Shown: positions 1-12,825 of the stretch, one piece after another
How positions within the stretch are numbered: position 1 is the first letter of the stretch
Layout of the letters: the number at the start of each line of letters is the position of its first letter
Assembly: GCA_951406725.2 (NCBI GenBank)
Contig: OX597815.1
Span: forward strand, 52,142,001-52,206,000
Direction of reading: 5' to 3'
DNA from: Octopus vulgaris
Lineage: Eukaryota
DNA length: 64,000 nt
Notes under the pieces: generated by a model
Told to the model about the DNA's origin: nothing
Databases searched by the model: none
What the model saw: the letters and a program-made list of their open reading frames with translations, nothing else
Position numbers and translations under genes: made by a program

Positions 1-630
1 CAAGTCTATATCTCTATTATTTTCCTTCCATATTTTATATGTATGTGTTGTTGTATTTTCATTTTTTGGGTAGAGTACTGCTGTGAAGTATGCGTGTAAG
101 ATAGAAATGTATTCCTCACGTGTCCATTTATGTCTTTTGGGTTTTATTTGCGGGACATGAGCTACAACAACCGGCCCATTATTTTGACGGTCATCATTTT
201 CGTAGGGTACCGGTCCGTTTATTTCTGTTGTCACATTATTTCGCACGTGTAGTTTTTCGTACATTTTTTGTTGTAAGTTTAATGTACGTACCGCTCGATT
301 GTTATTCTTGGGTTGAATAGTATCGGTGGCATTTAATTTCTTCGTGGTTCCTTTGTACATGGTGTTTGGGGTCGGGGATGATCGTGATGTTCCACGCATG
401 TTTACATGTGTTGCGTTAGAGGTGGAGATGATATCGAGTCAAAATACATCATTTCGTTTCGAAAATAGTAATAAATTTCAATTAGTATTACTTACTCGGA
501 TACAGTCCAATTCTTTGTTAGTAAAACTTTGGCTCCATAGGATGTCCTTGTTTTCGATGTTTGTGGATAGATTTCGGAGCTCTGAATTTTCCTTCTTACA
601 TCTTAAACGTCCCCCGGTGTTCTTCTTCTT
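1..630 (-). mobile_element. 5' end of an R4/Dong-clade non-LTR retrotransposon, abutting a (TAA)n tract and continuing beyond the window start
   Basis: Manual minus-strand translation from ATG ~399 toward base 1 includes KRHKWTREEYISILHAYFTAVLYPKNENTTTHTYKIWKENNRDIDL, resembling the N-terminal RxKWTxEE...Y motif of R4/Dong ORFs. The 5' boundary meets (TTA)n at 631-672, the known Dong target. Confidence 0.75.
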
Positions 631-1239
631 ATTATTATTGTTATTATTATTATTATTATCATTATTATTATTATATGTAAATATATAACCTACCAATTAC
701 GCAATGGGAGGATCTTGCTTCTCAAAGGCTGTAGTCTATAGAGTAACCTTCACACCATTTGATGGCATAATAAGGCACTACACAAGCATGACGGCCAATA
801 ACTTTAAGGGAAGATATACATGACATATGAACTCCTTTAGAGATAAGGATAGGGAAAACTCCACCTCTTAGTCCCACTTCATTTAGAAATTCCAGGAGTA
901 TTGGAATGACTCCGTCAACCTCAAATGAGTATTTTTGATAGAACCTCTTCTTACTGCCCTGGAGATTGCAAATGATAATTCTGTTTCTAAGAAAGACTAG
1001 ACATACCCCATTAACCTGCCATAAAAGATATGCTATTAATGAACTTCAGGCCTGGCAGCTGACAAACTAGATATACTGCCCTTGGCCTAGCTGTTCCCCA
1101 CACAAGGGCAGGGTATTTAATCCCTGCCACCCATATAGACTAGAGCTCAATTATGATGGTTATGCAACCTCTGTTGTAACTCAACACTTCCAAATTTGGT
1201 TATTCTCACATAAAGACTTTGACTGCTAATGTATTCATA

Positions 1240-1506
1240 CTCCACTGAATGATGACAGAGCTACTCACTTATGCCAACATCTGACCTAATCATGCATAGT
1301 ACCCAATGCTTCCCTCTTCATGCCACCAATGTTATCCATGGGAAAAACAAAGGCACCATTGATGTTGTAGCTCATTTCTACAGCTGAGTGAACTGGAACA
1401 ATGTGAAATAAAGTGTCTTGCTCAAGAACACAACACACAACCTGGTCCAGAAATCGAACTGACTACCTCATGATTGTGAGCCTGACACTCTGACCACTGA
1501 GCTATA
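1240..1506 (-). mobile_element. tRNA-derived SINE with V/CORE-like body
   Basis: Minus strand begins atagctcagtggtcagag (A box) ... gttcgatt (B box), followed by gtgttcttgagcaagacacttt ... ccagttcactcagctg. Confidence 0.65.
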
Positions 1507-1872
1507 TGCTGTTGTATTATTTCCTGTTTTAAGTTTTCTTCTAGCTTTGGTAAGATATTGATATATGTGGAATGAATTAGGAGAGAATTTCATTTTTCTA
1601 GCAATTTTTCAAGGTCTATCAATGGGCCAGCTCTTAATTTTGCAAGATTTAAGAAATCCAACCTACATTATTCTTTTTTGTAGAATTCTGTGCAAGATGG
1701 TTGTGTTTTTCCTTCTCCAGTTTTGTACCATATTCTCATGTGTAATATGCTGTAAATATATAGATAGTCAACAAGAAAGTGTTGTATTTATATGTTTGAT
1801 GTAATAGACTGAGTAGTAATGAAATTGAAAACTTTAATATTTGCATTGAAATTTATATATCACAATGATGTT

Positions 1873-2312
1873 CATCTGAAATCTGTTTTTTGGCTCGCGG
1901 AAATATGATTTGGGGTTCATGTAGAAGTTTTACATTCTACTGATATTATAATATATTCTTAGTGTATTTTGCTCTTAGAGGTTTTTGACAACAGATTTAT
2001 CCATGTTATATCTATGTTCCAATTGTATACTATCAAAAAAAAAAAGCCTTTGGTATTTAGGAATAATATTAGATAACACTAATGTTTTCCCTAATTATCA
2101 CATTTAATCCTATTACAGTTATTTCTGATGCTGAAAAAAAAACAAGCAAACCTGTTTTTATTATATAACTTTGTGCTCACTGCTATTTTAGATATACCAT
2201 GGATAAATCTGTTAACAAAGACTTTTTAAAGCAAAATACTATAAGAATAATGTTAAACTTTTTCATGAACCCCAAATCGTATTTCTGTAAGCCAAAAAGC
2301 AGATTTCTGATG
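1873..2312. mobile_element. MITE/foldback element with ~130-140 bp imperfect terminal inverted repeats
   Basis: catctgaaatctgttttttggctcgcggaaatatgatttggggttcatg...aacagatttatccatgttatatcta is mirrored by tagatataccatggataaatctgtt...catgaaccccaaatcgtatttctgtaagccaaaaagcagatttctgatg, around a ~170 bp spacer. Confidence 0.75.
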
Positions 2313-3249
2313 GTTCCATGGTTAAGCAGTTTGCTTTCATTCATGTGATTTAGGGTTCAATTACACTGCATGATACCTTGAGCAAGTGCTTTCTATTATA
2401 GCAGTGGACTGACCAAAACCTTGTGAGTGGATTTGTTAGATGAAAACTGAAAAAAAACCTGGTGCATGTGTATATGCATGTGCATGTGTGTGTGTGTGTG
2501 TGTTTCTTTGTGCTTCCTTGTCTTGACATTGCATGATAGCTGTATGCAAGGGTTGTCATACAAGTGGTGTCTTTCATTTCTAAACTTCTATGAAAACATG
2601 TCCTGCAATGGACAAACATTACCTTGTTTGGAAACTGGTAAGGGTAGGTGGCAGGAAAGGCATCCAGTTATAGAAAATCTGTCTCAATAAATTCTTTTTG
2701 ACCATGCATGATGATGAGGGTCTACTAATGTGTTTAAATATCTGTTGTTGACGAATATTAATTAAATTAATTTAATTTCCTTGTATAAGGTATCTATTTG
2801 TGGATGACATTGCAAAAGTGCTTTGGGATGAATTTTGCTCTTAAAATTTTATATTTATATGAACAATAAATTTGTGCATACATAGGCATTTGTTGTTTTT
2901 ATTATGTATGTAAATATATATATATATATACACATACATACACACAGACAAACACACATGCTCAGATGATGCATACATACATGCACACATGCACATGCAC
3001 ATGCACATGCACACATGCATGTACATGCACATACACACATACACACACACATTCTGTATGAGCCATTCCAAATTCCTATCTGTATTTGAACAATGTTAAG
3101 TTTTGAATTCTGAGCCATCTTTTAGCCTATCAACCTTCAGATCATATAATGAATGTATGATCAATGTACTGTGTATAGGTAGTAAAACAAAGTCTTGCAG
3201 AAATATAAATATACAATCTATATAGCTTTGTTACAACATATGACGGAAC

Positions 3250-3570
3250 CATATTAAATGTCAGCAAATAGTGAAGAATGCAGAAGTATTCCATCGATTT
3301 TTCAGTGACTCAGTTACTCCAGGGTTTAAAGAAATGCTTCTCACTTGTACAAGGAAACAGTATTTTTGTAGATTCCTTACTAACATGATGAGCTGTTTGG
3401 ATATGGACAACAGAGTTGTTCCAAACATAAACATACAATCTATATCCAATATATTGATGATATATTCATTGGAATGGACACAGAAGATGTTGAGAAGTGA
3501 GAGGAAGACTTGTAAAATAACTCTGTCCTCAACTTTAATATCCTGTATAGTTCAAGAAAGTGTCTAGTTG
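3250..3570 (+). pseudogene. Degenerate Penelope-like reverse transcriptase fragment
   Basis: One frame near 3430-3535 reads KHTIYIQYIDDIFIGMDTEDVEK*EEDL*NNSVLNF: a YIDDIF catalytic-type motif plus an NSVLxF motif, interrupted by stops. Confidence 0.45.
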
Positions 3571-4187
3571 ATTTAATATGATCATTTTTATTTGTAAATA
3601 TTGGAGATTTATACATTTATAGAAGAATATATGGAAGTACTGAATATCTATTTATTTGTTTTCTCCATGCAAAGATTAATATGTATTACTAAGGTATAGT
3701 TTTACAGCTGGATGCTTTTGTGTTACTAATCTTTACTTGTTTTTCAAGTGAAGATTATTTTTTTACTCTACCTGTCTTTGAAAGTTTAGAGCTCTTGGTT
3801 GGATTGTTGTCAAGGAATTGTTGAACTTTACTGCTTGTAGTTCATCAATTGTAAATGTTTACATTCTTTGAAGCTGAGAATGGTAAATATTTACACAGAA
3901 GCTCACATGCATGAGCACACATACACATATATGTGCACGTATGAATGCATATACATATATGATGGGTTTCACAGTTTCTGTCTACCAAATTCACTTACAA
4001 CACATTGGTTGATCTGGAGCTACAGCAGTGGAAGAGACTTGCCCAAGGTGCTGCCGAGTAGCTGAGATGCAAACTTCTTAACCGCACAGCCATATCAATC
4101 ATAAGTTCCCTTACAGAGGTGTCTGTAGGTTCTCCTACATAAGTGTTGTTCAGTTCTTTTCAACAAATGTATTACTGCAAATAGTTG

Positions 4188-4220
<33 letters not shown>

Positions 4221-6241
4221 CATCAATTAACATATGTTTTCCATGCTGGCATGAGTTGATGGTTTGACCAGAGCTGGTAAGGCCAGGGGATGCACCAGGC
4301 TCCATTATCTGTTCTGGCATGGTTTCTGTGGCAGGATGTCCTTCCTCACACCAACCACTTCACAAAGTGTACTGAGTGCTTTTAACATGGTACCAGCACA
4401 AGTGCTTTTTATGTGACAGTAACACTGATATTAATTCGGCTGTGGCAGATGGGTCTCCTTGAGTACAGTAATGCATCAAATATGTCAGTCCTTAGTCATC
4501 ACTTCTTAAGACTCAGTGTCTTGTGTTCAGCCTTCAATACTTTGTCCCAGTTCTTCCCTAGGTCTCCCTCTTCCAGAAGTTCCATCCACTTTATTATCCA
4601 TTATATGATAAGACAAACACTATTGTATAATATATAAGATGTTAATGGACCAAGCTGTAAAACAATAGACAAGCAAATTCAGCTCAGTAAATACAACACA
4701 CACTACATCAAGTGAAAAACAAACTACACATAATATGTAATAGATAGACGAAAAGTTTGTAGAGTAGAATATGTTGACAAAATACTTATGACAGGATCAG
4801 ATTGTGCATTACATTTAATCGTAAACTAGCATTAATAATATATTACAGTACAACAAAAGGAAAAAAACAAAGCAAAAAACCAAGTAAAAAATACCCTCTT
4901 CTGCAACAAAAGCTACATATCTGCAAGCTGCAGAATAAACTTTATGCAACAAATGTAATTTACGAATTTATATGCAGCACATGCAAGTTGTAAACTTCAT
5001 GATTCTAGTAGTTATAATGGCCATACATATATGATATTTTCTAAATGACTCAACATGTATTTACAACACAAAAATCTTTTTGCAACATATTACACAACAT
5101 AATACGAAACAAGCTGCGAAAATATCAGTTGATAACACCACAAACCTAATACATACATACATACATACATATATGTATATATGTAACTGTATGTATGTAT
5201 ATGTTCATAGGCATACACACATGCACACATATGTAGAACAATAATCATGGAAGCTGTATAAAATATCAAAATAGGATGCAGAAGTTAACATGCAGATAGT
5301 GTACCTCACTAAAAAGATGACTTCCTGATAGCTGAATGAAACCTGGAGTTATCAGTAGAAAAAAAAACAAATCCTGCAATAATGGCATCATCATCATAAT
5401 CATCATAACCACAACCACCACTGCCATTACCATAACCATCAATATCACCACTACTATCTGCATCATCATTATTATTGTTGATGTTGTCACTCTCTTCCTC
5501 CCCCCCCCCACCATCACCATCATTATTATCATCATCATTATCATCATCGCTGTCATCATCATCCATTGTCATCAACATCATTATCAGCAGCAGCAGCATC
5601 ACCACCACAATTCCTATGATTCCTGTCTGCTAATAACCATTTCATTAAGAGGATATGCTTGGAAAGAACTAGAATGATTAATACGCTAAGGAACTTTACC
5701 ATTTTGAAGAAAATACAAAAGATGAATAAGAAAATACAAAAAAATATTTAATATTTAAATGCAAAACTTGAGCACTATTATGATTTCAATATACACACAG
5801 ATGTATATATAGATGCATACTTTCATACATAAATGTATATACACATGCATGCATCCACCCATCTATCCATCCATGCAACTACAAGGATATAAATATATAT
5901 ATATATATATACACAAAATCATGTATATATAATAATGATGCAACCCATACATGCATGCAGGCACACACACACACACACGTATATTGAAAAGTGTAGAGAA
6001 TGGAGAAGATAAATTAAGAATACATATGTTTCCAAACCAACCTTAACATGGTTTATATAACTTGTAACAACATATGCTGATTAATAAACATTGTTGATAG
6101 AGTATCATCTGCTTTTTGCCATCTATACAAGCCATGTACATGCTTGATGCTTACTAACTTCCTGTATCAAGATCTTTTCAGATCACACTACTGCATCACT
6201 CCATATATATGTATATTTATCTATAGGTATACCTTGCTATC

Positions 6242-6277
<36 letters not shown>

Positions 6278-6279
<2 letters not shown>

Positions 6280-6425
6280 CGTAGGAGTGGCTGTGTGGTA
6301 AGTAGCTTGCTTACGAACTACATGGTTTCAGGTTCAGTGTTTTCTACTATAGTGTTGGCCAACTAAAGCCTTATGAGTGGATTTGGCAGACGGAAACTGA
6401 AAGAAGCCTGTTGTATATATGTATA

Positions 6426-6472
<47 letters not shown>

Positions 6473-6885
6473 ATACAATAATATGTTACATTACTCGATA
6501 GTCAAGATGAAACTCAGAGTTTTATCTTGACTATCGAGTAATGTAACATATTATTGTATAGATAAATTTCCTCTATTTACATAATATTGAGGTCTCTTTC
6601 TTTCTTTTGTTATCTTACCGTTTTACCAATATATATATATATATATACACACACACATATATATATATATATGTATGTATGTGTTTGTGTGTCAGTGTTT
6701 GTCCTCCCAACATTGCTTGACAACTGATGCTGGTGTGTTTACGTCCCTATAACTTCGGCAAAAGAGACCGATAGAATAAGTACTAGGCTTACAAAGAAAA
6801 AGTCCTGGGGTTGATGTTTTTGACTAAAGGTGGTGCTCCAGCATGGCCACAGCCAAATGGCTGAAACAAGTAAAAGAGTAAAAAG
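6278..6885 (+). mobile_element. tRNA-derived SINE (abundant octopus-type family A), interrupted by a palindromic insert
   Basis: Head ggcgtaggagtggctgtgtggtaagtagcttgc, body gtggatttggcagacggaaactgaaagaagcc, tail gctccagcatggccacagccaaatggctgaaacaagtaaaagag. The same sequence recurs many times in the window. Confidence 0.85.
6469..6630 (+). mobile_element. Fold-back (palindromic) insert centred on a hammerhead stem III; probable Penelope-like tail
   Basis: ~47 bp arms with 1 mismatch (6469-6563), axis GAAACTC-A-GAGTT, followed by a unique ~65 bp tail. It sits inside a (TA)n tract. Confidence 0.65.
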
Positions 6886-6894
6886 ATATTTATA

Positions 6895-7452
6895 TCTATT
6901 ATATAAAATCTGTTTTGTTTGTCTGTGTGTGTGTCTTCTAGGATCTCGGGCATCCTCCATCCGATTGCGCTCAAATTTGATATGTAGATACCAACGCTAT
7001 CAGCGTGTATAAGTCTTGAAAAAATTACAAAAATCGATTCCAGTTGAGAATGCAATCGATAAAGCTGTTTTTGTCCTGCTTTTCTTCTTTCAACCTGTAC
7101 ATAACTGCACCTTCCATTTTTTGTTGTTTTTGTACTGCTTAAAGGCATGTTTCTTTCCTGCCAAGCTTAATGTTTAAACCATGTTTGTGTTCTCCCAGTC
7201 AACAGCCTTATCATTATTGGTACTTTAAACTCTTTGGTTGCATATTTGGGTGAATAAAATCATTTTTCTTTGGAATAGAAAAAAAAGTCTATCTTTATTT
7301 TTTCTTTTGCTGGTGTCTCAAATTTAGGTTAAATCGGTGTTTCTCAAAGGGGGAGGCCTATGGGACAGTCGGACAAGTTGTTTTGAGAAAATTTGGTTTA
7401 AATGTTTGACTACTCAGCACTGTCCATTGGACGGGGGGGGGGCGTTTTACTC

Positions 7453-7453
<1 letters not shown>
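6895..7453 (+). mobile_element. Non-autonomous Helitron
   Basis: Starts A|TCtattatataaaatctgttttgtttgtctgtgtg and ends with hairpin ctgtcca-t-tggacgg followed by CTCG|T (CTRR-like end). It lies between A and T with no TSD. Confidence 0.6.
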
Positions 7454-7504
<51 letters not shown>

Positions 7505-7643
7505 AGAGTGGCTTGTTTGTAATTTTACAACCAAAAGGCAGAAATATTTATGTCACTAAGATGGTTAATGTTACTAGAAATATCACTAAGAGGGCCAATA
7601 TGACATAAAAATGTCACTAAGAGGGCCAGAATTACCTGAAATA

Positions 7644-7882
7644 AGTCAACACCAATATTACTAGTAATAAGAGTTAAAAGAACTCATAACCACAAGAAGC
7701 ACTTATCTTAATGACTGACAAGGGAGTCAAGCTCCCTCAGCACTTAGGTATGGTGAAATCACTGTGATCTAACTATACCGAGGCAGTAAGGGAACTTGCC
7801 TCCCTTGTCAGTCATTAAGAGAAGTGCTTCTTGTGGCTATGAGATGTTTTAACTCTTATTTCTAGTAATATTGGTGCTGACT
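7644..7882. repeat. Long fold-back palindrome (~119 bp arms) centred on GAAATCAC-T-GTGATC
   Basis: agtcaacaccaatattactag...ctgacaagggag is mirrored by ctcccttgtcag...ctagtaatattggtgctgact. Axis at 7763. Confidence 0.85.
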
Positions 7883-7974
7883 GGTGCTTTCAGTCACTTT
7901 AGTGATATAAAGGTTGTGGTGAATAAACTGACGTTTAAATTATGCAAAAATGAAAATAACACTGACATCTTGTT

Positions 7975-10908
7975 TGAACAGATATAGGGAACCAGGCTGC
8001 TGGAGTTCTGTGATGCAAATGATCTTAATGTTTGCAATACTAACTTCAGGAAACCTGCCAGTCACCAAGTCACATACCGATCTGGTAGACACACTAGCCA
8101 AATTGACTACATCCTCACCAGAAAAAGGGAAAGATGGCTGCTTATAAATGCTAAAACCTTCTCAGGCAAAGAATGTGCCCCACAACATAGGCTGATAGTT
8201 AGTGACTTCAGGATCAGGGCTAAACGGATACCCAGGGTCTGGAAGCTTAACGATCCTGCGAATGGACAGAGATTTAGAGATGTATTACTTGAAGCTTTTG
8301 ATGAAATAGAGGGGGACATAGCATCACGTAATGTGGAAGACAACTGGAGGTTTCTATGGGACAACCTGCTGAGGGCCACTGACAAGATCTGTGGATGGTG
8401 CAAAGTCATCTCTCAATCCAAGGTAACGTGGTGGTGGAACAATGTTGTTGACAGGGCCATTAGGGAAAAGAAACAGGCTTGGAAGGACTGGAAGAACGTT
8501 GGTAGCAGGGAATTGTATCAGACTGCCAGAAGGGAAGCTAGGAGACAGGTCTATTTAGCCAGAGGGGAAGCAGATAGGAAAAAATTTGCCAATGTTCTGC
8601 ACCATGAGAACCAAAGACTTGAGGTATTTCATGTTGTAAGACAGTATGTGAGAGAGAATCGTGATATAGGAGAGAAATGTGTCCGCATGGATGATGGTTC
8701 ACTTGCATTAAACGAGACTGCAAAGAGAGTGGTTTGGAGATGCCACTATGAAAGGTTGCTCAATAAAATAAATGAATGGGAGAAAGAGAGTTTTCTGAAT
8801 TCCAACACAACAGAGGACCAGCTATCCGAATTGACAGTACCTTGGTAGATAAAAGCAATTAAGGGTATGAGGACAGGGAAAGCCCCTAGCCCATCAGGAA
8901 TAACCTCAGAGATGCTCAAAATATCTGGAGGTGATGGCTATAGCTTAGTCATCCATACAGTTAACCAGATGATACATGAAGGAGTCATACCCAATGACTG
9001 GTGTAGCAGCACCATAGTCAACTGCTACAAAGGTAAAGGTGACACTTTAGATACAAATAACTACAGAGGTATCAAGTTGTTTGATCAGGTAATGAAGGTC
9101 ATGCAGAGGGTCATAATTAGGGAGAGAGACAGTCTAAATGAGATGCAGTTTGGGTTCGTGCCAGGGAAAAGCACCACTGATGCTATATTTCTGGTAAGAC
9201 AACTGCTGGAGAAATACCTAGCCAAAGATAAACCTCTACACCTGGCTTTCGTTGACGTGGAGAAAGCATTTGACAGGGTCCCCTGATCCCTTATCTGGTG
9301 GTCAATGTGGAAACTATGGATAGATGAATGGTTAGTGAGAGCTGTGCAAGCCATGTACAGGGATGCTGTCAGTAAGGTGAGGGTTGGCAACGAGTTCAGT
9401 GAAGAATTCTGGGTAGGGGTCCACCAAGGATCAGTCCTCAGCCCACTCTTATTAATCATAGTCCTCCAGGCAATAACAGGAATTCAAGACAGGATGTCCC
9501 TGGGAGCTCCTCTATACTGATGACCTTGCTCTAATTGCTGAGTCACTATCAGAACAAGAGGAAAAGTTTCAGGTGTTGAAGCAAGGATTAAAATCGAAGG
9601 GCCTTAGTGTCAACCTAACTAAAACCAAAGTCTTAATAAGTAGGAAGGCAGACAAACCACAATCCCTTCAGGTTGATGGCCCCGCTCAATCTGTAGAAAA
9701 AACGTAGGTAGAAACTCCATAAGATGTATCCAGTGTAAGCTATGGACACATAAGGGGTGCAGCAATATCAAAGGAAGGCTAACTGGGAAGATAGTTTTTG
9801 TATGTGACAAATGCTCAGGTGCTATAAACACTGAAAATGTGAAGAGAACAGCTTCTGTCACATTCCAGGGAGAAAAAACTAGTAGTTAATAGCTTCCATT
9901 ACCTAGGGGACCAAGCCAGTAGGGGGTGGTGGATGCTCTGAAAGTATAGCTGCTAGAATAAGAATAGCCTGGGCAAAGTTCAGAGAGCTCCTACCTTTGC
10001 TGTTGACAAAGGGCCTCTCACTCAAAGTAAAAGGTAGACTATATGAAGCATGTGTACAAACAGCCATGCTATATGACAGTGAAATATGGGCTGTGGCTGC
10101 TGAGGACTTGCAAGGAATGAAGCCTGTATGCTCTGCTGGATGTATAATGTCAATGTGTGTACACGACAGAGTGTAAGCGCCCTGAGAGAAAAGCTGGACT
10201 TAAGAAGCATCAGATGTGGTGTGCAAGAGAGATGACTGCGCTGATAAGGTCATGTGTTGTGAACGAATGAGGACAGCTGTGTGAAAAAGTGTCACACCCT
10301 AGCAGTTGAGGGAACCTGTGGAAGAGGTAGACTCAGGAAGACCTGGAATGAGGTGGTGGAGCACGATCTTCAAACATTGGGCCTTACCGAGGCAATGGCC
10401 AGTGACTGAGACCTTTGGAGATATGTTGTGCTTAAGAAGACCTGACAAGCCAAGTGAGACCATAACCCATGGTCTATGCCAGTGGGTGTAACCAGCCCAC
10501 TTATGAGTACCCCTCATCCATTGGACAATAAACTTTGCTTGCGAAGATCTATTGAGGCAACTGATATCAAATCCAAATTAAAATCGCTGACGTGGCCGAT
10601 GACAGTACCGATTGATTGGCACTCATGCCAGTAGAATGTTAAAAGCACATTCGAGCATGATTGTTGCCAGAGCTGCAGATTGGCTCCTGTGCCGGTGACA
10701 TGTAAAAAGCACCATTCGAGTGTGATTGTTGCCAGTGTCGCCTTACTGGCACATATGCTGGTGGCACGTGAAATTCAACATGGCCATTGCCAGTGCTACC
10801 AGACTGGCTCCCATGCAGGTAGCATGTAAAAAACACCTTTTGAGCGTGGTCATTGCCAGAACCACCTGACTGCATGGAAAGTGGATGTTAAACGACAATG
10901 ATGATGAG
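7975..10908 (+). mobile_element. 5'-truncated, frameshifted RTE-clade LINE (APE C-terminus, RT, PHD-like finger, repetitive 3' UTR, (GAT)n tail)
   Basis: APE motifs GTRLLEFC...NTNFRK...SQIDYIL...QHRLIVSDF. RT motifs in ORFs 8867-9286 and 9305-9520 (GKAPSPSGI, YKGKGD..NYRGIKL, QFGFVPGKSTTDAIF, FVDVEKAFDRVP, GVHQGSVLSPLL) and LLYTDDL at ~9507-9527. Several stops and frameshifts. Confidence 0.92.
10625..10870 (+). repeat. ~60-66 bp tandem repeat (about 4 units) in the RTE 3' UTR
   Basis: Recurrent unit gc[ct]ggtggcacgtaaaaagcacc..ttcgagcgtg..cgttgccagt. Confidence 0.75.
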
Positions 10909-12155
10909 GATTTACCAAAATTACATAAAAATATCTTCAAATACTAACATATATTTATTATACCTCGAAGTTTGTTCTTCATTCACTTCCTTATCTACTT
11001 ATTTACTTCCTTATCCATCTCCTGTCTTTAACCATCACTCACTCTCCTCATACACTTTTGCAACCTCTACCCACCCATGCTTTCTACTCACCTTATACCT
11101 TGAGGATTAACCCTTGCACCTCATTTTATCTCTCTTTCCAGCTCTGTTCTGGTTATTTTTACCCTTTCTTCTGTAATGGGAGTAGCTATGTAGCTCATCA
11201 GCAAATAATTTGTTCTGTTCTGGCCTCTTCTTTCATACTTTACCCTCCCATCTCCTAGCATAAAGTTATCCCTGTCTCTCTCTGTTGTAGCTCCCTCTCA
11301 GTTGAAGGGGATATTAGTCTTGCAAGCTTCATGGTGACCACTCAAATGCACATGCCACAAAAAAAGCATCCAGTGCATTCTGTAAAGTGGTTGGCATCTA
11401 GCCTTAGAAACCATGCCAAAGACTGAAGCATAATGCAGTCTTTGGAACTGCCAGATCTGATCAAAGCATCCAACCCATGCCAGCAAGGATCATGAACATT
11501 AAAACCCTCCCACACACAAGAGAGAGAGAAATATAAACATGCACACTTCCATAAATGCAGACACACACACACACACATGAGAGAGAGAGCGAGAGAGTAA
11601 TATATACACGTGCACTTCCATAAATGCACACACACTCACACGCGCTCATGTATAAATATAACAAGTATATTCTTAGATAATAATTCTTAAAAGCAAACAA
11701 AATCAGTAATATTAATACTGAGAAAGTTTATGTAAAATGTAACTGAACATAAAAATACGTACAAATGTATACATACAGAGACTTAAAGAAACGTCATTGC
11801 CTGCCAGGAAATGTTTTTATCATTGTGTCTACCTTAATGTGATGTTCAACACATAAACATATACATAAATGTTTCAGTAAATATATTCCTAATGAATATA
11901 CATTAGTTTATAGAATATCATATCACAATGCACAGGTATGTGAACAAATGCACTAATGCAGGTATTTTGAAATAGTCGTATACACACATGCACACAAATA
12001 TGAATGACAACAACAATACATTTGCATATCTGTCTATCTATGTATCATATACATAGTCAATCCAAACATGAACAAGCAAGAAAAAACAACAATGCGAGGA
12101 CGTGGAATAAGTACAGTATTATTGGACACTCAGGAAAGGAAAGAAAAGAAAGAGG

Positions 12156-12190
12156 ATTTCACGTTTTGAGTGGAGCTCTTCATCAGAAAT
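12156..12190 (-). ncRNA. Degenerate minimal type I hammerhead ribozyme (Penelope-type)
   Basis: Minus strand reads attt-CTGATGA-a-gag-ctcca-ctc-aAAAC-GTG-aaat. Stems I and II are intact, but G12 and the cleavage base are substituted. Confidence 0.55.
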
Positions 12191-12540
12191 ATAGAAAAAG
12201 TCCAAAGAAGGGAAGACGGAGAAAGAAAATCGCCAACGATACACACGTGGTCACATATTGAAATGACCGGGAGGGAATGGATGAAAAAAAGTTCTTTCAA
12301 AGACAGGAGAGTGCAAGAGAAGGAGGTATATGTGTGTATGTGTGGAGGTTCTGTGTTTGTGTGTGTGCGTAATGATAGCACGTGTGTGTTGTGTGTGGTT
12401 GCGGCTGTTTATGTATGTGTGTGATTGGGCTTAGTATTGTTAAAGGTCATAGGAAGAATTTATAGTAAGAATTTTGGTAGGAGTGGCTGCCTGTTGTGTG
12501 TCTACCTACACATGTATAAAGGAGAATGGTCAGTAGAAAG

Positions 12541-12810
12541 GGCGGCGAACTGGCAGAAACGTTAGCACGCCGGGCGAAATGCGTAGCCGTATTTCGTCTG
12601 CCGTTAGGTTTTGAGTTCAAATTCCGCCGAGGTCGACTTTGCCTTTCATCCTTTCGGGGTCGATAAATTAAGTACCAGTTACGCACTGGGGTCGATGTAA
12701 TTGACTTAATCCGTGTGTCTGTCCTTGTTTGTCACTTAGTCCTTGTAATCGACTTAGTCCTTGTTTGTCCATTCTGTGTTTAGCCCCTTGTGGGTAGTAA
12801 AGAAATAGGT
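12541..12810 (+). mobile_element. tRNA-derived SINE family B (Meta-like central domain)
   Basis: ggcggcgaactggcagaaacgttagc...gagttcaaattcc...gcctttcatcctttcggggtcgataaattaagtaccag...agccccttgtgggtagtaaagaaa. CpG-rich, young copy. Confidence 0.85.
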
Positions 12811-12825
12811 ACAGGTAGTTTGAAG

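Noticed and set aside
6278-6345. tRNA genes at SINE heads
   Set aside because: A/B boxes are present but there is no complete cloverleaf, and they are always fused to SINE bodies.
10625-10870. CRISPR-like appearance of the repeated units
   Set aside because: Units are tandem and degenerate with no unique spacers, lie in a eukaryotic LINE UTR, and there are no cas genes.
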